Part shown: in pieces, positions 9,880-19,082 of the stretch
Layout: every line of letters begins with the position of its first letter
Position numbering within the stretch: the first letter of the stretch is position 1
Assembly (NCBI GenBank): GCA_028279275.1
Contig: JANQOB010000012.1
Location: forward strand, 20,203 to 84,202
Length of the DNA stretch: 64,000 bases
Direction: 5' to 3'
Source of the DNA: Gammaproteobacteria bacterium
GTDB taxonomy: Bacteria > Pseudomonadota > Gammaproteobacteria > UBA4575
The notes under the pieces: model-generated
What the model was told of the DNA's origin: nothing
Seen by the model: only the letters and a program-made list of their open reading frames with translations
The model's database searches: none
Made by a program: the position numbers and the translations under genes

Positions 9880-11193
9880 ATGAAGAAAAATGTAGATTCA
9901 CAGCAAATTGATTTGCATCATTCTCGCTTGACTGGGGAAGTAATCGATTCCAGTCAGATATGTGAAGGCGCTTTGAAAATTATTTCTCAGCTGCATGCGG
10001 CTGGATTTCAGGCCTATATTGTGGGTGGTGGAGTAAGGGATTTATTGCTGGATTTGCACCCCAAAGATTTCGATATTGCTACTAATGCCACTCCCGAGGA
10101 TGTGCGTCGTTTATTTGATAATAGCCGAATTATCGGCAGACGTTTTCGAATTGTGCATGTCTATTTTGAAGGAGGTATTGTTGAAGTTTCAACGTTTCGT
10201 GCAGCAAGTACAGCCAGTACGAATAAAGAGGGACGTATTATTGCGGACAATACTTTTGGCAGTATTGAAGAAGATGCGTTTCGTCGTGACTTTACCGTTA
10301 ATGCATTATTTTATGATTCTGAAAATGATCAAATTTTAGATTTAGTAAATGGCATAGACGACGTAAAAGCAAAACTATTACGCGTTATCGGTGATCCTGA
10401 TTTGCGTTTTCGTGAAGACCCTGTTCGGATGTTGCGTGCGGTCAGATTGGCGACCAAGCTTAATTTTGAAATAGAAGAAAGTGCAAAAGATGCAATCAAT
10501 CGTTTGGGTTGTTTGCTATCCGAAGTACCCTCGGCGCGTTTGTTTGATGAAATGATTAAACTATTTCATGGAGGAAATGCTTTAGAAACTTACAAGGGCT
10601 TACGTGAGTTTGATTTATTTCGACACATGTTTCCTTTGACTCAGCAAGTGCTAGAAGAAGAAGCAGCCAGTGAGTCACTAACTTATACAAATTTAGTTAG
10701 TATCGCATTGGAGAATACTGATGAACGCATTCTCACTGGGAAATCGGTTACGCCTGCATTTCTTTATGCGGTTTTTTTATGGGGGCCTATGCGTAGACTA
10801 AGCAAACAGTTAGAGCTAGATGGTTTGTCGCCCAGGGTTGCGCATGATGCTGCAGCGAAAGATACTATTCTTTCACAACTGCCTTATACATCCATTCCAA
10901 AGCGCTTTTCTTATACGACGCGTGATATTTGGGATTTGCAATATCGTTTTTATCGTCGAAAGGGTAAGCAAGCCTATAAGCTGTTTGAACATGATCGGTT
11001 TCGTGCGGCTTATGACTTTTTGTGCTTACGAGCAAGCGCAGGAGAACCGGTGGATGAACTTTGCGAATGGTGGACGGTTTTTCAAGAAGTCGATGAGACC
11101 ACTCGGCGCAAGATGCTGCGTGCCTCGAAAGGGGTTAAAAAACCTAAATCAAAAATGAAATCGGGTCGTTATAAAAACAAAACCTATCACTAG
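9880..11193 (+). CDS. pcnB: Poly(A) polymerase I
   Basis: VGGGVRDLLL...KDFDIAT, IIGRRFRIVHV PAP-specific motif, EDPVRMLRA; upstream of folK. Confidence 0.95.
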   Translation: MKKNVDSQQIDLHHSRLTGEVIDSSQICEGALKIISQLHAAGFQAYIVGGGVRDLLLDLHPKDFDIATNATPEDVRRLFDNSRIIGRRFRIVHVYFEGGIVEVSTFRAASTASTNKEGRIIADNTFGSIEEDAFRRDFTVNALFYDSENDQILDLVNGIDDVKAKLLRVIGDPDLRFREDPVRMLRAVRLATKLNFEIEESAKDAINRLGCLLSEVPSARLFDEMIKLFHGGNALETYKGLREFDLFRHMFPLTQQVLEEEAASESLTYTNLVSIALENTDERILTGKSVTPAFLYAVFLWGPMRRLSKQLELDGLSPRVAHDAAAKDTILSQLPYTSIPKRFSYTTRDIWDLQYRFYRRKGKQAYKLFEHDRFRAAYDFLCLRASAGEPVDELCEWWTVFQEVDETTRRKMLRASKGVKKPKSKMKSGRYKNKTYH

Positions 11194-11206
11194 GTTTTAT
11201 TACATT

Positions 11207-11707
11207 ATGTCTTTTAAAGATGCCTACATAGGACTGGGAAGTAATTTATCTGATCCTCAAGCTCAAGTTACTCAAGCACTGCAAGAGTTAAATTCCATTC
11301 CGGATACCAAGCTAGTCAAAGCTTCGAGCTTATATATAAGCGAACCAATGGGCCCATCAGATCAGCCTGATTACATCAATGCAGTGGCAAAAATCAGCAC
11401 GTGTCTTTCTGCTGAAGATCTGCTTAAAGAATTGCAGAGTATTGAAAATAGGCATCGAAGACAGCGAAATGGTCAACGTTGGGGGCCAAGGACACTAGAT
11501 TTAGATATCATTCTATTTGGGGATGAGCAAATAGATAGTAAAAAGCTGCAAATCCCTCATTACGGTGTATCTGAGCGAGAATTTGTATTAATTCCTTTAC
11601 AAGAGCTACAGGCGGACCTCATTATTCCAGGCAAGGGCTCAGTTGCTGATCTAATAGACAATCTGCCAGAGTACCGTTTACAGAAATTAGACCATAATAA
11701 TGGATAA
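11207..11707 (+). CDS. folK: 2-amino-4-hydroxy-6-hydroxymethyldihydropteridine pyrophosphokinase
   Basis: YIGLGSNL, RWGPRTLDLDI. Confidence 0.97.
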   Translation: MSFKDAYIGLGSNLSDPQAQVTQALQELNSIPDTKLVKASSLYISEPMGPSDQPDYINAVAKISTCLSAEDLLKELQSIENRHRRQRNGQRWGPRTLDLDIILFGDEQIDSKKLQIPHYGVSEREFVLIPLQELQADLIIPGKGSVADLIDNLPEYRLQKLDHNNG

Positions 11708-12350
11708 GCACAATCTTAAATACCTCGTTATCGAGGGGCCGATTGGGGTTGGTAAAACCAGTTTGGCACAACGTTTAGCGGACGAGTTCGGTTCAACATT
11801 GTTGCTTGAACATGTTGATGATAATCCTTTTCTTGCGCGTTTTTACCAACATCCACGCGAAGCGGCATTGTCTACACAACTTTATTTTTTATTGCAACGC
11901 ACGAAACAGCTGCAAGAATTTAAGCAAACCGATATTTTTTCCCCAGTGCGTGTCGCCGATTTTCTGATTGAGAAAGATCGTTTGTTTGCCCAAGTAACCT
12001 TAAATGCCAGTGAATATGAACTCTATGAACAAATTTATTCACATTTAACCATAGACGCACCCGTTCCCGATTTGGTGGTGTATTTACAAGCGCCTGTTGA
12101 AATTTTAATTCAACGTATTCGTAAACGTGGTAGAGGCTATGAACGATTGATTGAAACAGCATATTTAGAGCAGTTGAACGAAGCGTATGCGAAGTTTTTT
12201 TACGACTATGACCAAGCCCCATGTTTAATTGTCAATGCGAGTGATATTGATTTCATCAATAATGATCAAGACTACCAGCAGTTATTACATGAAATTCTCA
12301 ATACAGAAGCAGGTAAGCGTTATTTTAATCCTTTGCCATTTGCAGGTTAA
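11700..12350 (+). CDS. Deoxynucleoside kinase
   Basis: IEGPIGVGKT P-loop, PDLVVYL, RIRKRGR lid. Confidence 0.9.
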   Translation: MDKHNLKYLVIEGPIGVGKTSLAQRLADEFGSTLLLEHVDDNPFLARFYQHPREAALSTQLYFLLQRTKQLQEFKQTDIFSPVRVADFLIEKDRLFAQVTLNASEYELYEQIYSHLTIDAPVPDLVVYLQAPVEILIQRIRKRGRGYERLIETAYLEQLNEAYAKFFYDYDQAPCLIVNASDIDFINNDQDYQQLLHEILNTEAGKRYFNPLPFAG

Positions 12351-12378
12351 TAAATAAATCTATCCTGACGTTTTTAGA

Positions 12379-13176
12379 ATGAGTATTCACAAGCCGCAAA
12401 AAAATATCACACTCACTCGTTTGCATCAGATGAAAGCAAGTGATGAAAAAATCGCTTGTTTAACAGCCTATGACGCCAGTTTTGCCGCCATACTGGATCA
12501 AGTCGGTATGGACATTATCCTCGTAGGCGATTCACTCGGTATGGTTGTGCAAGGACAAGACAGCACGGTCTCTGTGACAATGGAAGACATGATTTATCAC
12601 AGCCAATGTGTAAGTGCTGCGGTAAAAAATGCTTTTGTTATTGCAGATATGCCATTTATGTCTTACACCAATGTAGAGCAAGCATTAGCTAACGCAACGG
12701 ATCTGATACAACTGGGCGGTGCTCAAATGGTAAAGCTCGAAGCTTCTACTAGACAGGTGAGTATTGTTGAAGAATTAAGTGAATGTGGAATCCCGATTTG
12801 TGCACATTTGGGTCTGCGTCCACAGTATATTCATAAATTGGGCGGTTATGCGATGCAAGGCAAGGATGATGCAAGTGCGAAAGAATTATTTGAAAGTGCT
12901 CAAAGCTTGCAAGCTGCAGGTGCCGATATGTTGTTGTTAGAGTGTGTACCAAATGCTTTGGCAAAAAAAATTACTCAAGAATCTTCTATTCCTGTAATAG
13001 GTATTGGTGCAGGACCAGACTGTGATGGGCAAATTCTTGTGTTACATGACGTCATTGGTATTACTCATGGGGTTACTCCAAAGTTCGCAAAAAACTTTTT
13101 AGCTGAAGCGGATGATATTCAATCTGCTATTTCTAATTACGTAAACGACGTTAAGAGCGTTACATTTCCTAATTAA
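12379..13176 (+). CDS. panB: 3-methyl-2-oxobutanoate hydroxymethyltransferase
   Basis: LTAYDA, LVGDSLGM, IGIGAG. Confidence 0.97.
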   Translation: MSIHKPQKNITLTRLHQMKASDEKIACLTAYDASFAAILDQVGMDIILVGDSLGMVVQGQDSTVSVTMEDMIYHSQCVSAAVKNAFVIADMPFMSYTNVEQALANATDLIQLGGAQMVKLEASTRQVSIVEELSECGIPICAHLGLRPQYIHKLGGYAMQGKDDASAKELFESAQSLQAAGADMLLLECVPNALAKKITQESSIPVIGIGAGPDCDGQILVLHDVIGITHGVTPKFAKNFLAEADDIQSAISNYVNDVKSVTFPN

Positions 13177-13182
13177 ATAACC

Positions 13183-14034
13183 ATGCGAGTTGTAAAAACG
13201 GTTGCTGAGCTACGCCAGCAAGTTAAAGTATGGAAATCTGAGCATGAAAAAATTGTATTTGTGCCAACAATGGGTAACTTACATGCTGGTCACTTAGCAC
13301 TAATCAAACATGCGCATACATTTGGTGACAAGATTGTTTGTAGTATTTTTGTGAATGCTTTGCAATTTGAGCGAGATGAGGACTTGCAAACCTATCCACG
13401 CACACCCGAGCAAGATATTGAGGCGTTAGAAAGTGAGGATGTAGATTTAGTTTTCATGCCTGAACATGATGAGGTCTATGCAGAAAAGCATAAACCTAAA
13501 AACGTAATCCCTAAACATCCTATCAACCAAGAGTTATGTGGTGAGTATCGACCAGGATTTTTTGATGGCATTGTAGAAGTTGTTGCAAGATTGTTTGATA
13601 TGGTTACTCCTGATGTTGCTGTTTTTGGCGAAAAAGATTATCAACAGTTAGTCATCATTAAGCTATTAGTAGAAGACCTGAGTTTGCCAATTAAGATTGA
13701 ATCTGTTGCAACGCAGCGAGAGGAAGATGGTTTGGCCTATAGTTCACGTAATGCTTATTTAAACCCGCAAGAAAGAACAAAGGCCAGACATTTGCATGCA
13801 GCCTTAATGCATGTAAAAACTCAAATTGAATCAGGTTTTAAAAACTTTGAGGCCTTAGAGCAACAGGCTATGGGACAGCTTTCACTGGCGGGTTTTCAAC
13901 CCGATTATGTAGCCATTCGAGATGCGGTAGATTTAGGCAACCCTGCATATGCTACTGATTCTATTGTAATTTTAGGCGCTGCCTGGCTGGGTAAAGCACG
14001 CTTGATCGACAATCTACTGTTACAAATGCGCTAA
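13183..14034 (+). CDS. panC: Pantoate-beta-alanine ligase
   Basis: VPTMGNLHAGH, FGEKDYQQ, GLAYSSRN, RLIDN. Confidence 0.97.
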   Translation: MRVVKTVAELRQQVKVWKSEHEKIVFVPTMGNLHAGHLALIKHAHTFGDKIVCSIFVNALQFERDEDLQTYPRTPEQDIEALESEDVDLVFMPEHDEVYAEKHKPKNVIPKHPINQELCGEYRPGFFDGIVEVVARLFDMVTPDVAVFGEKDYQQLVIIKLLVEDLSLPIKIESVATQREEDGLAYSSRNAYLNPQERTKARHLHAALMHVKTQIESGFKNFEALEQQAMGQLSLAGFQPDYVAIRDAVDLGNPAYATDSIVILGAAWLGKARLIDNLLLQMR

Positions 14035-14090
14035 ATCAGTATACTTAAGGTAACAGTTTATTCGAAGATTCATATTTCAAGGAGTTCGGT

Positions 14091-14189
14091 ATGTGGATGT
14101 TAGTTGTATTTATGGTTTTGCTAACTTTTGTAGTTAATATTGCTGCGCAATTAAATTTATTTAGTCATCTTAAGAATGGTACATATTAA
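14091..14189 (+). CDS. Putative 32-aa single-pass membrane protein (not in the ORF track)
   Basis: AAGGAG RBS 6 nt before ATG; MWMLVVFMVLLTFVVNIAAQLNLFSHLKNGTY; followed by an intrinsic terminator. Confidence 0.6.
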   Translation: MWMLVVFMVLLTFVVNIAAQLNLFSHLKNGTY

Positions 14190-14217
14190 TAGCTACCTTC
14201 ATTTTTAAATGAAAATA

Positions 14218-14248
14218 AATAAGGGCGCGAATAGCGCCCTTATTTTTT
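14218..14248 (+). terminator. Rho-independent terminator
   Basis: AATAAGGGCGC...GCGCCCTTATT stem followed by a T-run. Confidence 0.85.
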
Positions 14249-14256
14249 GCGCTGCT

Positions 14257-14377
14257 AGAAGCCTTGATTTATTCTGGCTACTTCGTTAAAAATCATTTCA
14301 ATTTAGCTCATGTATATATTTATACACATCGCTCATTTCAATATATTTGCCTCATCTCAAAATAAATCAAAACCTCT
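14257..14377. repeat. ~120-bp palindromic intergenic element, copy 1
   Basis: Imperfect terminal inverted repeats AGAAGCCTTGATTTATTCTG / CAAAATAAATCAAAACCTCT; aligns along its length with 25961-26080. Confidence 0.85.
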
Positions 14378-14385
14378 TTGAGAAT

Positions 14386-15933
14386 ATGAGCAGTACAATA
14401 AAAAAATTGTCCTCTTACCAGGTGCTAGCCAAACATTTTGATGATATTAATTCTCATACCTTGCGAGAATTGTTTACGCAAGATGAGGGTCGTTTTTCAA
14501 AGTTTTCGGTGCAATTTGAAGGATTGCTATTTGATTACTCAAAAAACCGTATCACAAAAGATACGGTTGCAAAGCTTATTGCATTGTTTAATGAATGTGA
14601 TGTTGACGCTTGGCGAGAGAAAATGTTTGCGGGCGAAAAAATTAACTCTACAGAGAATCGCGGGGTTCAACACACTGCATTACGCGATTTGGAGAATAAA
14701 AATTCTGAAATTGCGAACAAACAAATAGACGCATTAAAAAAGATAGAATCTTTTATTGCCAAGTTAAAAAAATCAAACATTACTGATGTGGTAAATATTG
14801 GTATTGGAGGTTCTCATCTAGGGCCTCAGTTTGTTTGTGATGCTTTGCGAGAATATTCGAGTTCAAATTTAAATGTTCATTTTGTGGCTAATGTGGATGC
14901 AGAAGAGATTAATCGTGTTCTGGAGACTCTCAATCCAAAAAACACTATGTTTATAGTCACTTCTAAGAGTTTTACCACTCAAGAAACTTTAACTAATTCA
15001 ATAACTGCAAGATCTTGGTTAGCATTAGATATAAATCTTAAAAATCAAGATCATTTTGTTGCTGTTACTGCAAATGTAAAAAAAGCCACTGAATTTGGCA
15101 TTGCAGAAGAAAATATTTTTCCCATGTGGGATGAAATAGGTGGGCGCTATTCACTCTGGTCTGCTGTTGGTTTATCTATAGCGGTAAAAATTGGAATGGA
15201 GAACTTTAGAGAACTTCTAAAAGGGGCGCATGCAATGGATCAGCATTTTTTTGATACGCCAGCAGATGAAAACATCCCAGTACTAATGGCTTTACTGGAT
15301 ATTTGGAACCAGCATTTTCTGAATACAACAGCGCATGCCATTCTTCCTTATGACGTTCGTTTAACCTACTTACCGGCTTATTTGCAGCAACTGGTAATGG
15401 AGAGTAATGGTAAGTCAGTAGACCGACAGGGAAATAAATTAGCTGTGGCAAGCTCGGCTATTTTGTTTGGTGATGTTGGAACAAATGCGCAACATAGTTT
15501 TTTCCAATTATTGCATCAGGGTACACAGCTGGTGAGCTGTGACTTTATAGGTATAGCAAAACCCTCTCATGATAATTATGCACAGCATGAAATTTTGCTT
15601 GCGAACATGATTGGTCAAACACAAGCTTTGATGATGGGGCAAAGTTTAGAAGAGGCGGGTGATGAACATAAAGTTTTTTCTGGAAATCGAGCTAGTAATA
15701 CAATTTTCTTATCACAACTGACTCCTTATTCACTCGGCATGTTGTTAGCCATATATGAACACAGAACGTTTGTTCATGGAGCATTATTGAATATCAATTC
15801 CTTTGATCAGATGGGAGTTGAGTTGGGTAAACGACTGGCAAATAAATTGCTCGATAAAATCCGAAACGAGTCTGTAACCGGAGAAGACTCATCCACCAGT
15901 GGCTTGATCGACTTTTATAAACAGAATAATTAG
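14386..15933 (+). CDS. pgi: Glucose-6-phosphate isomerase
   Basis: NIGIGGSHLGP, GGRYSLWS, QQLVMESNGK, SFDQMGVELGK; the track's TTG start at 14347 lies inside the repeat, so ATG 14386 is preferred. Confidence 0.96.
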   Translation: MSSTIKKLSSYQVLAKHFDDINSHTLRELFTQDEGRFSKFSVQFEGLLFDYSKNRITKDTVAKLIALFNECDVDAWREKMFAGEKINSTENRGVQHTALRDLENKNSEIANKQIDALKKIESFIAKLKKSNITDVVNIGIGGSHLGPQFVCDALREYSSSNLNVHFVANVDAEEINRVLETLNPKNTMFIVTSKSFTTQETLTNSITARSWLALDINLKNQDHFVAVTANVKKATEFGIAEENIFPMWDEIGGRYSLWSAVGLSIAVKIGMENFRELLKGAHAMDQHFFDTPADENIPVLMALLDIWNQHFLNTTAHAILPYDVRLTYLPAYLQQLVMESNGKSVDRQGNKLAVASSAILFGDVGTNAQHSFFQLLHQGTQLVSCDFIGIAKPSHDNYAQHEILLANMIGQTQALMMGQSLEEAGDEHKVFSGNRASNTIFLSQLTPYSLGMLLAIYEHRTFVHGALLNINSFDQMGVELGKRLANKLLDKIRNESVTGEDSSTSGLIDFYKQNN

Positions 15934-16994
15934 CTTTGCTGGTGCTGCTCTAAAGCCCATTCGGCATGCTCTCTCACTAATTCGCTTGAATGATTTAGCT
16001 TTTCTTTTAGCGCATGAATTACGCTAGGTGTGCTGGGTGCATTGCCCAAGGCCACGGCAATGTTTCGTAACCAGCATTCATAGTCTATGCGCCGAATAGC
16101 CGAACCCTCGGTATTATCTAAGAATTCTTTTTCGCTCCAATTAAATAAGGCAATCAACTCAGGTGCGTCTAAATTATTTCGTACTGCGAAATCTGCAAGC
16201 TCACTTTTTTGTTCAAAACGATTCCATGGGCAATACAGTTGACAATCATCACAACCATAAATCCTATTCCCCATCGCTTTTCTGAACTCAATTGGAATGG
16301 ATCCCTTTAATTCAATCGTGTGATAAGAAATACAGCGGCGTGCATCTAATTTATACGGTGCAATAATCGCTTGAGTTGGACAGGCATCCATACATGTTCG
16401 ACATGTTCCGCAGTGGTTTTCTACAGGGGTGTCTATTGGTAAGGGGAGGTCGGTATAGAGTTCGCCAAGAAAAAACCATGAACCACATTCTTTATTAATT
16501 AAATTAGTATGTTTGCCAATCCAGCCAAGTCCTGCTTTTTCTGCTAGGGCTTTTTCCAATACTGGCGCGCTGTCGACAAATGCGCGGTAACCAAATGGAC
16601 CTACTTCATTAGCAATTTTGTCTGCAAGTTTTTGCAAGCGCTTTCGTATTACTTTGTGATAGTCGCGCCCTAGTGCATAACGGGAGATGTATGCTTGTTC
16701 ATAATTATTTAATACATCTTCTTCATTTGCTGCATCAGGAGCTTGATAATTTATGCGAGTAGAAATAATGCGAATTGTTCCGGGAATTAATTTTTCTGGT
16801 CGAGATCGCTTTGTGCCATGCTGATCCATAAAGTGCATTTCTCCATGGTAGCCTGCTTCTAACCAGTTCATTAAGTGTGTTTCATGTTCGCTTAGCTCGG
16901 TATTAGTAATTCCAATTTCGTCAAAGCCTAATGCACTACCCCATGCTCTGATATCTTGAGCAAGTTTTGCAAAATCGGTAGTAACGCTATTCAT
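15930..16994 (-). CDS. queG: tRNA epoxyqueuosine reductase QueG
   Basis: SRYALGRDYH, two 4Fe-4S Cys clusters (CGTCRTCMDACP, GCDDCQLYCPWN). Confidence 0.96.
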   Translation of the reverse strand: MNSVTTDFAKLAQDIRAWGSALGFDEIGITNTELSEHETHLMNWLEAGYHGEMHFMDQHGTKRSRPEKLIPGTIRIISTRINYQAPDAANEEDVLNNYEQAYISRYALGRDYHKVIRKRLQKLADKIANEVGPFGYRAFVDSAPVLEKALAEKAGLGWIGKHTNLINKECGSWFFLGELYTDLPLPIDTPVENHCGTCRTCMDACPTQAIIAPYKLDARRCISYHTIELKGSIPIEFRKAMGNRIYGCDDCQLYCPWNRFEQKSELADFAVRNNLDAPELIALFNWSEKEFLDNTEGSAIRRIDYECWLRNIAVALGNAPSTPSVIHALKEKLNHSSELVREHAEWALEQHQQS

Positions 16995-17018
16995 GGGTAG
17001 GCTAGGTATAATTCAGTT

Positions 17019-18494
17019 ATGCAGAAAATCGAAAATCAAATTTATTTGGCGCATCAAGTTCGCGAGCTGGATCGTATTGCTATAGAGGAATTTAACATAC
17101 CCAGCTTTACATTAATGCAGCGTGCGGCAGATGCGGGATTTAAAGAAATTCAGCAAGCATGGCCGGGAGTTAATCGTATCGTAGTGTTTGTTGGTACCGG
17201 CAATAATGGAGGAGATGGTTATGTGATTGCGAGCTTGGCATTAGATGCAAACATTAAAGTTGAGCTTATTCAGGTAGGTGATCACACAAAATTACAAGGT
17301 GATGCACGCAAAGCACACGATTTGTTTATTCAAAAGGGTGGGAAATCTAAAGCATTTGAAGACGTAATTACATTTAATTGCGATTTGATTATAGATGCTT
17401 TACTGGGTACTGGATTAACACGTGATGTAAAGGATGACTACGCAAAAGCGATTGCAAGTATCAACCAACACTCCTCGCCAGTATTGAGCGTAGATATCCC
17501 GTCGGGTTTGAATGCAGATAATGGGCATACAATGGGCAGTGCCGTATTTGCAGATACTACGGTTACGTTTGTGGGTATGAAACTTGGATTACTCACTGCT
17601 GCAGGACATGAGTATTCAGGTAAAATAGTCTTTAATCATTTAGAAATTCCTAACCAAGTTTATCAATCTATGTCTGTTACCTGTCATTCAATTCAACTGA
17701 ATGAATTACAAGATGTCTTAGGCGTTCGTAAAGCAGATGCACACAAAGGGGATTTTGGTCATGTATTAATAATTGGAGGAAATAAAGGCATGGCGGGTTC
17801 GGTCATGCTTGCAGCAGAAGCCGCTGCAAGAACAGGTGCCGGTTTAGTTTCTGTCGCAACTGTTCCAATTCATGCCTCGGTTGCGTTGCAATCATGTAGA
17901 GAAATTATGGTCCATGGAGTAGAAGGGATTTCTGAATTAAATGCGCTATTAGAAAACTGTAGTGTGGTCGCTATTGGACCTGGTCTAGGTCGAGATGCCT
18001 GGTCAAAAAAATTATTTGCACGTGTTCTGGAGTTTGATCTGCCTATGGTAGTGGATGCCGATGCACTCAATCTTTTAGCCAGCGAACCTAGTAAAAAATC
18101 ATCATGGGTGATAACGCCTCATCCTGGTGAAGCAGCTCGTTTACTAAAATGTGAAACAAAAGATGTTCAAGCCGATCGTTTAAAATCGGTGCAAGAGCTA
18201 CAAAAGCAATACGGAGGCATAAGTGTTTTGAAAGGTAGCGGGACGTTAATTGCATCTGAAGATGAGAGCTCAATTTGTGACGCTGGAAACCCGGGTATGG
18301 CCAGTGGTGGAATGGGTGATGTCTTAACAGGGATAATTGCTGGATTGTTGGCGCAAGGTTTAAATATCTATGATGCCGCACGTTTTGGTGTGCAATTGCA
18401 TGCGCAAAGCGGTGATCTTGCTGCACAAGAAGGTGTACGTGGGATGTTGGCGAGTGATTTATTTGTGCCCCTGAGAAAATTATTAAACAGCTAA
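17019..18494 (+). CDS. nnr: Bifunctional NAD(P)H-hydrate epimerase/dehydratase
   Basis: GNNGGDG, DIPSG, HKGDFG, TPHPGE, GGMGDVL. Confidence 0.95.
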   Translation: MQKIENQIYLAHQVRELDRIAIEEFNIPSFTLMQRAADAGFKEIQQAWPGVNRIVVFVGTGNNGGDGYVIASLALDANIKVELIQVGDHTKLQGDARKAHDLFIQKGGKSKAFEDVITFNCDLIIDALLGTGLTRDVKDDYAKAIASINQHSSPVLSVDIPSGLNADNGHTMGSAVFADTTVTFVGMKLGLLTAAGHEYSGKIVFNHLEIPNQVYQSMSVTCHSIQLNELQDVLGVRKADAHKGDFGHVLIIGGNKGMAGSVMLAAEAAARTGAGLVSVATVPIHASVALQSCREIMVHGVEGISELNALLENCSVVAIGPGLGRDAWSKKLFARVLEFDLPMVVDADALNLLASEPSKKSSWVITPHPGEAARLLKCETKDVQADRLKSVQELQKQYGGISVLKGSGTLIASEDESSICDAGNPGMASGGMGDVLTGIIAGLLAQGLNIYDAARFGVQLHAQSGDLAAQEGVRGMLASDLFVPLRKLLNS

Positions 18495-18517
18495 CTTTGC
18501 TTAATACCTAGCGTTTC

Positions 18518-18964
18518 ATGACTAATCTCGTTGGCGAAGCTGCCACATTAGAATTTGCGGCAAAATTTGCAGGTTTATGTAAACCACCGCTAGTTATTTA
18601 TCTTGAAGGTGATTTAGGAACGGGCAAAACAACATTTGCGAGAGGCCTGATCCGTGCCATGGGCCATGCGGGAAATGTGAAAAGCCCGACTTTCTCACTC
18701 GTTGAAATTTATGAATTCGAGGGAACTCGTCTTTTCCATTTTGATCTATATCGCTTGAATGATCCTCTTGAGCTAGAGTTTACGGGTATACGTGATGTTG
18801 CTGGAGAATTAGATGTTGTTTGCTTAATCGAGTGGCCTGAGCGTGGAGGAGATGAAGTTCCTGCCGCGGATTTGGTGATTCATTTGGATTATGAGGGTGA
18901 TTCGCGCAATTTGCAGTATCAGGGCATCACAGCCAAAGGTCAGGCAATTATTAACAATTTATGA
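18518..18964 (+). CDS. tsaE: t6A biosynthesis ATPase TsaE
   Basis: GDLGTGKT, VKSPTF, HFDLYRL, IEWPE. Confidence 0.96.
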   Translation: MTNLVGEAATLEFAAKFAGLCKPPLVIYLEGDLGTGKTTFARGLIRAMGHAGNVKSPTFSLVEIYEFEGTRLFHFDLYRLNDPLELEFTGIRDVAGELDVVCLIEWPERGGDEVPAADLVIHLDYEGDSRNLQYQGITAKGQAIINNL

Positions 18965-19082
18965 GACCCGGCTCTAATAAATCTACATAGCTCATTAGTT
19001 TTAATAGAGTTTTTGCTTGCATTTTCATCTAGATTTGTCACACTTTTATTCCGGTTTCATGTTGTAAGGACTACAGTTTCAC

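Noticed and set aside
14347-14385. N-terminal extension of Pgi from TTG 14347
   Set aside because: It lies in the right arm of the palindromic repeat; ATG 14386 gives a normal-looking start.
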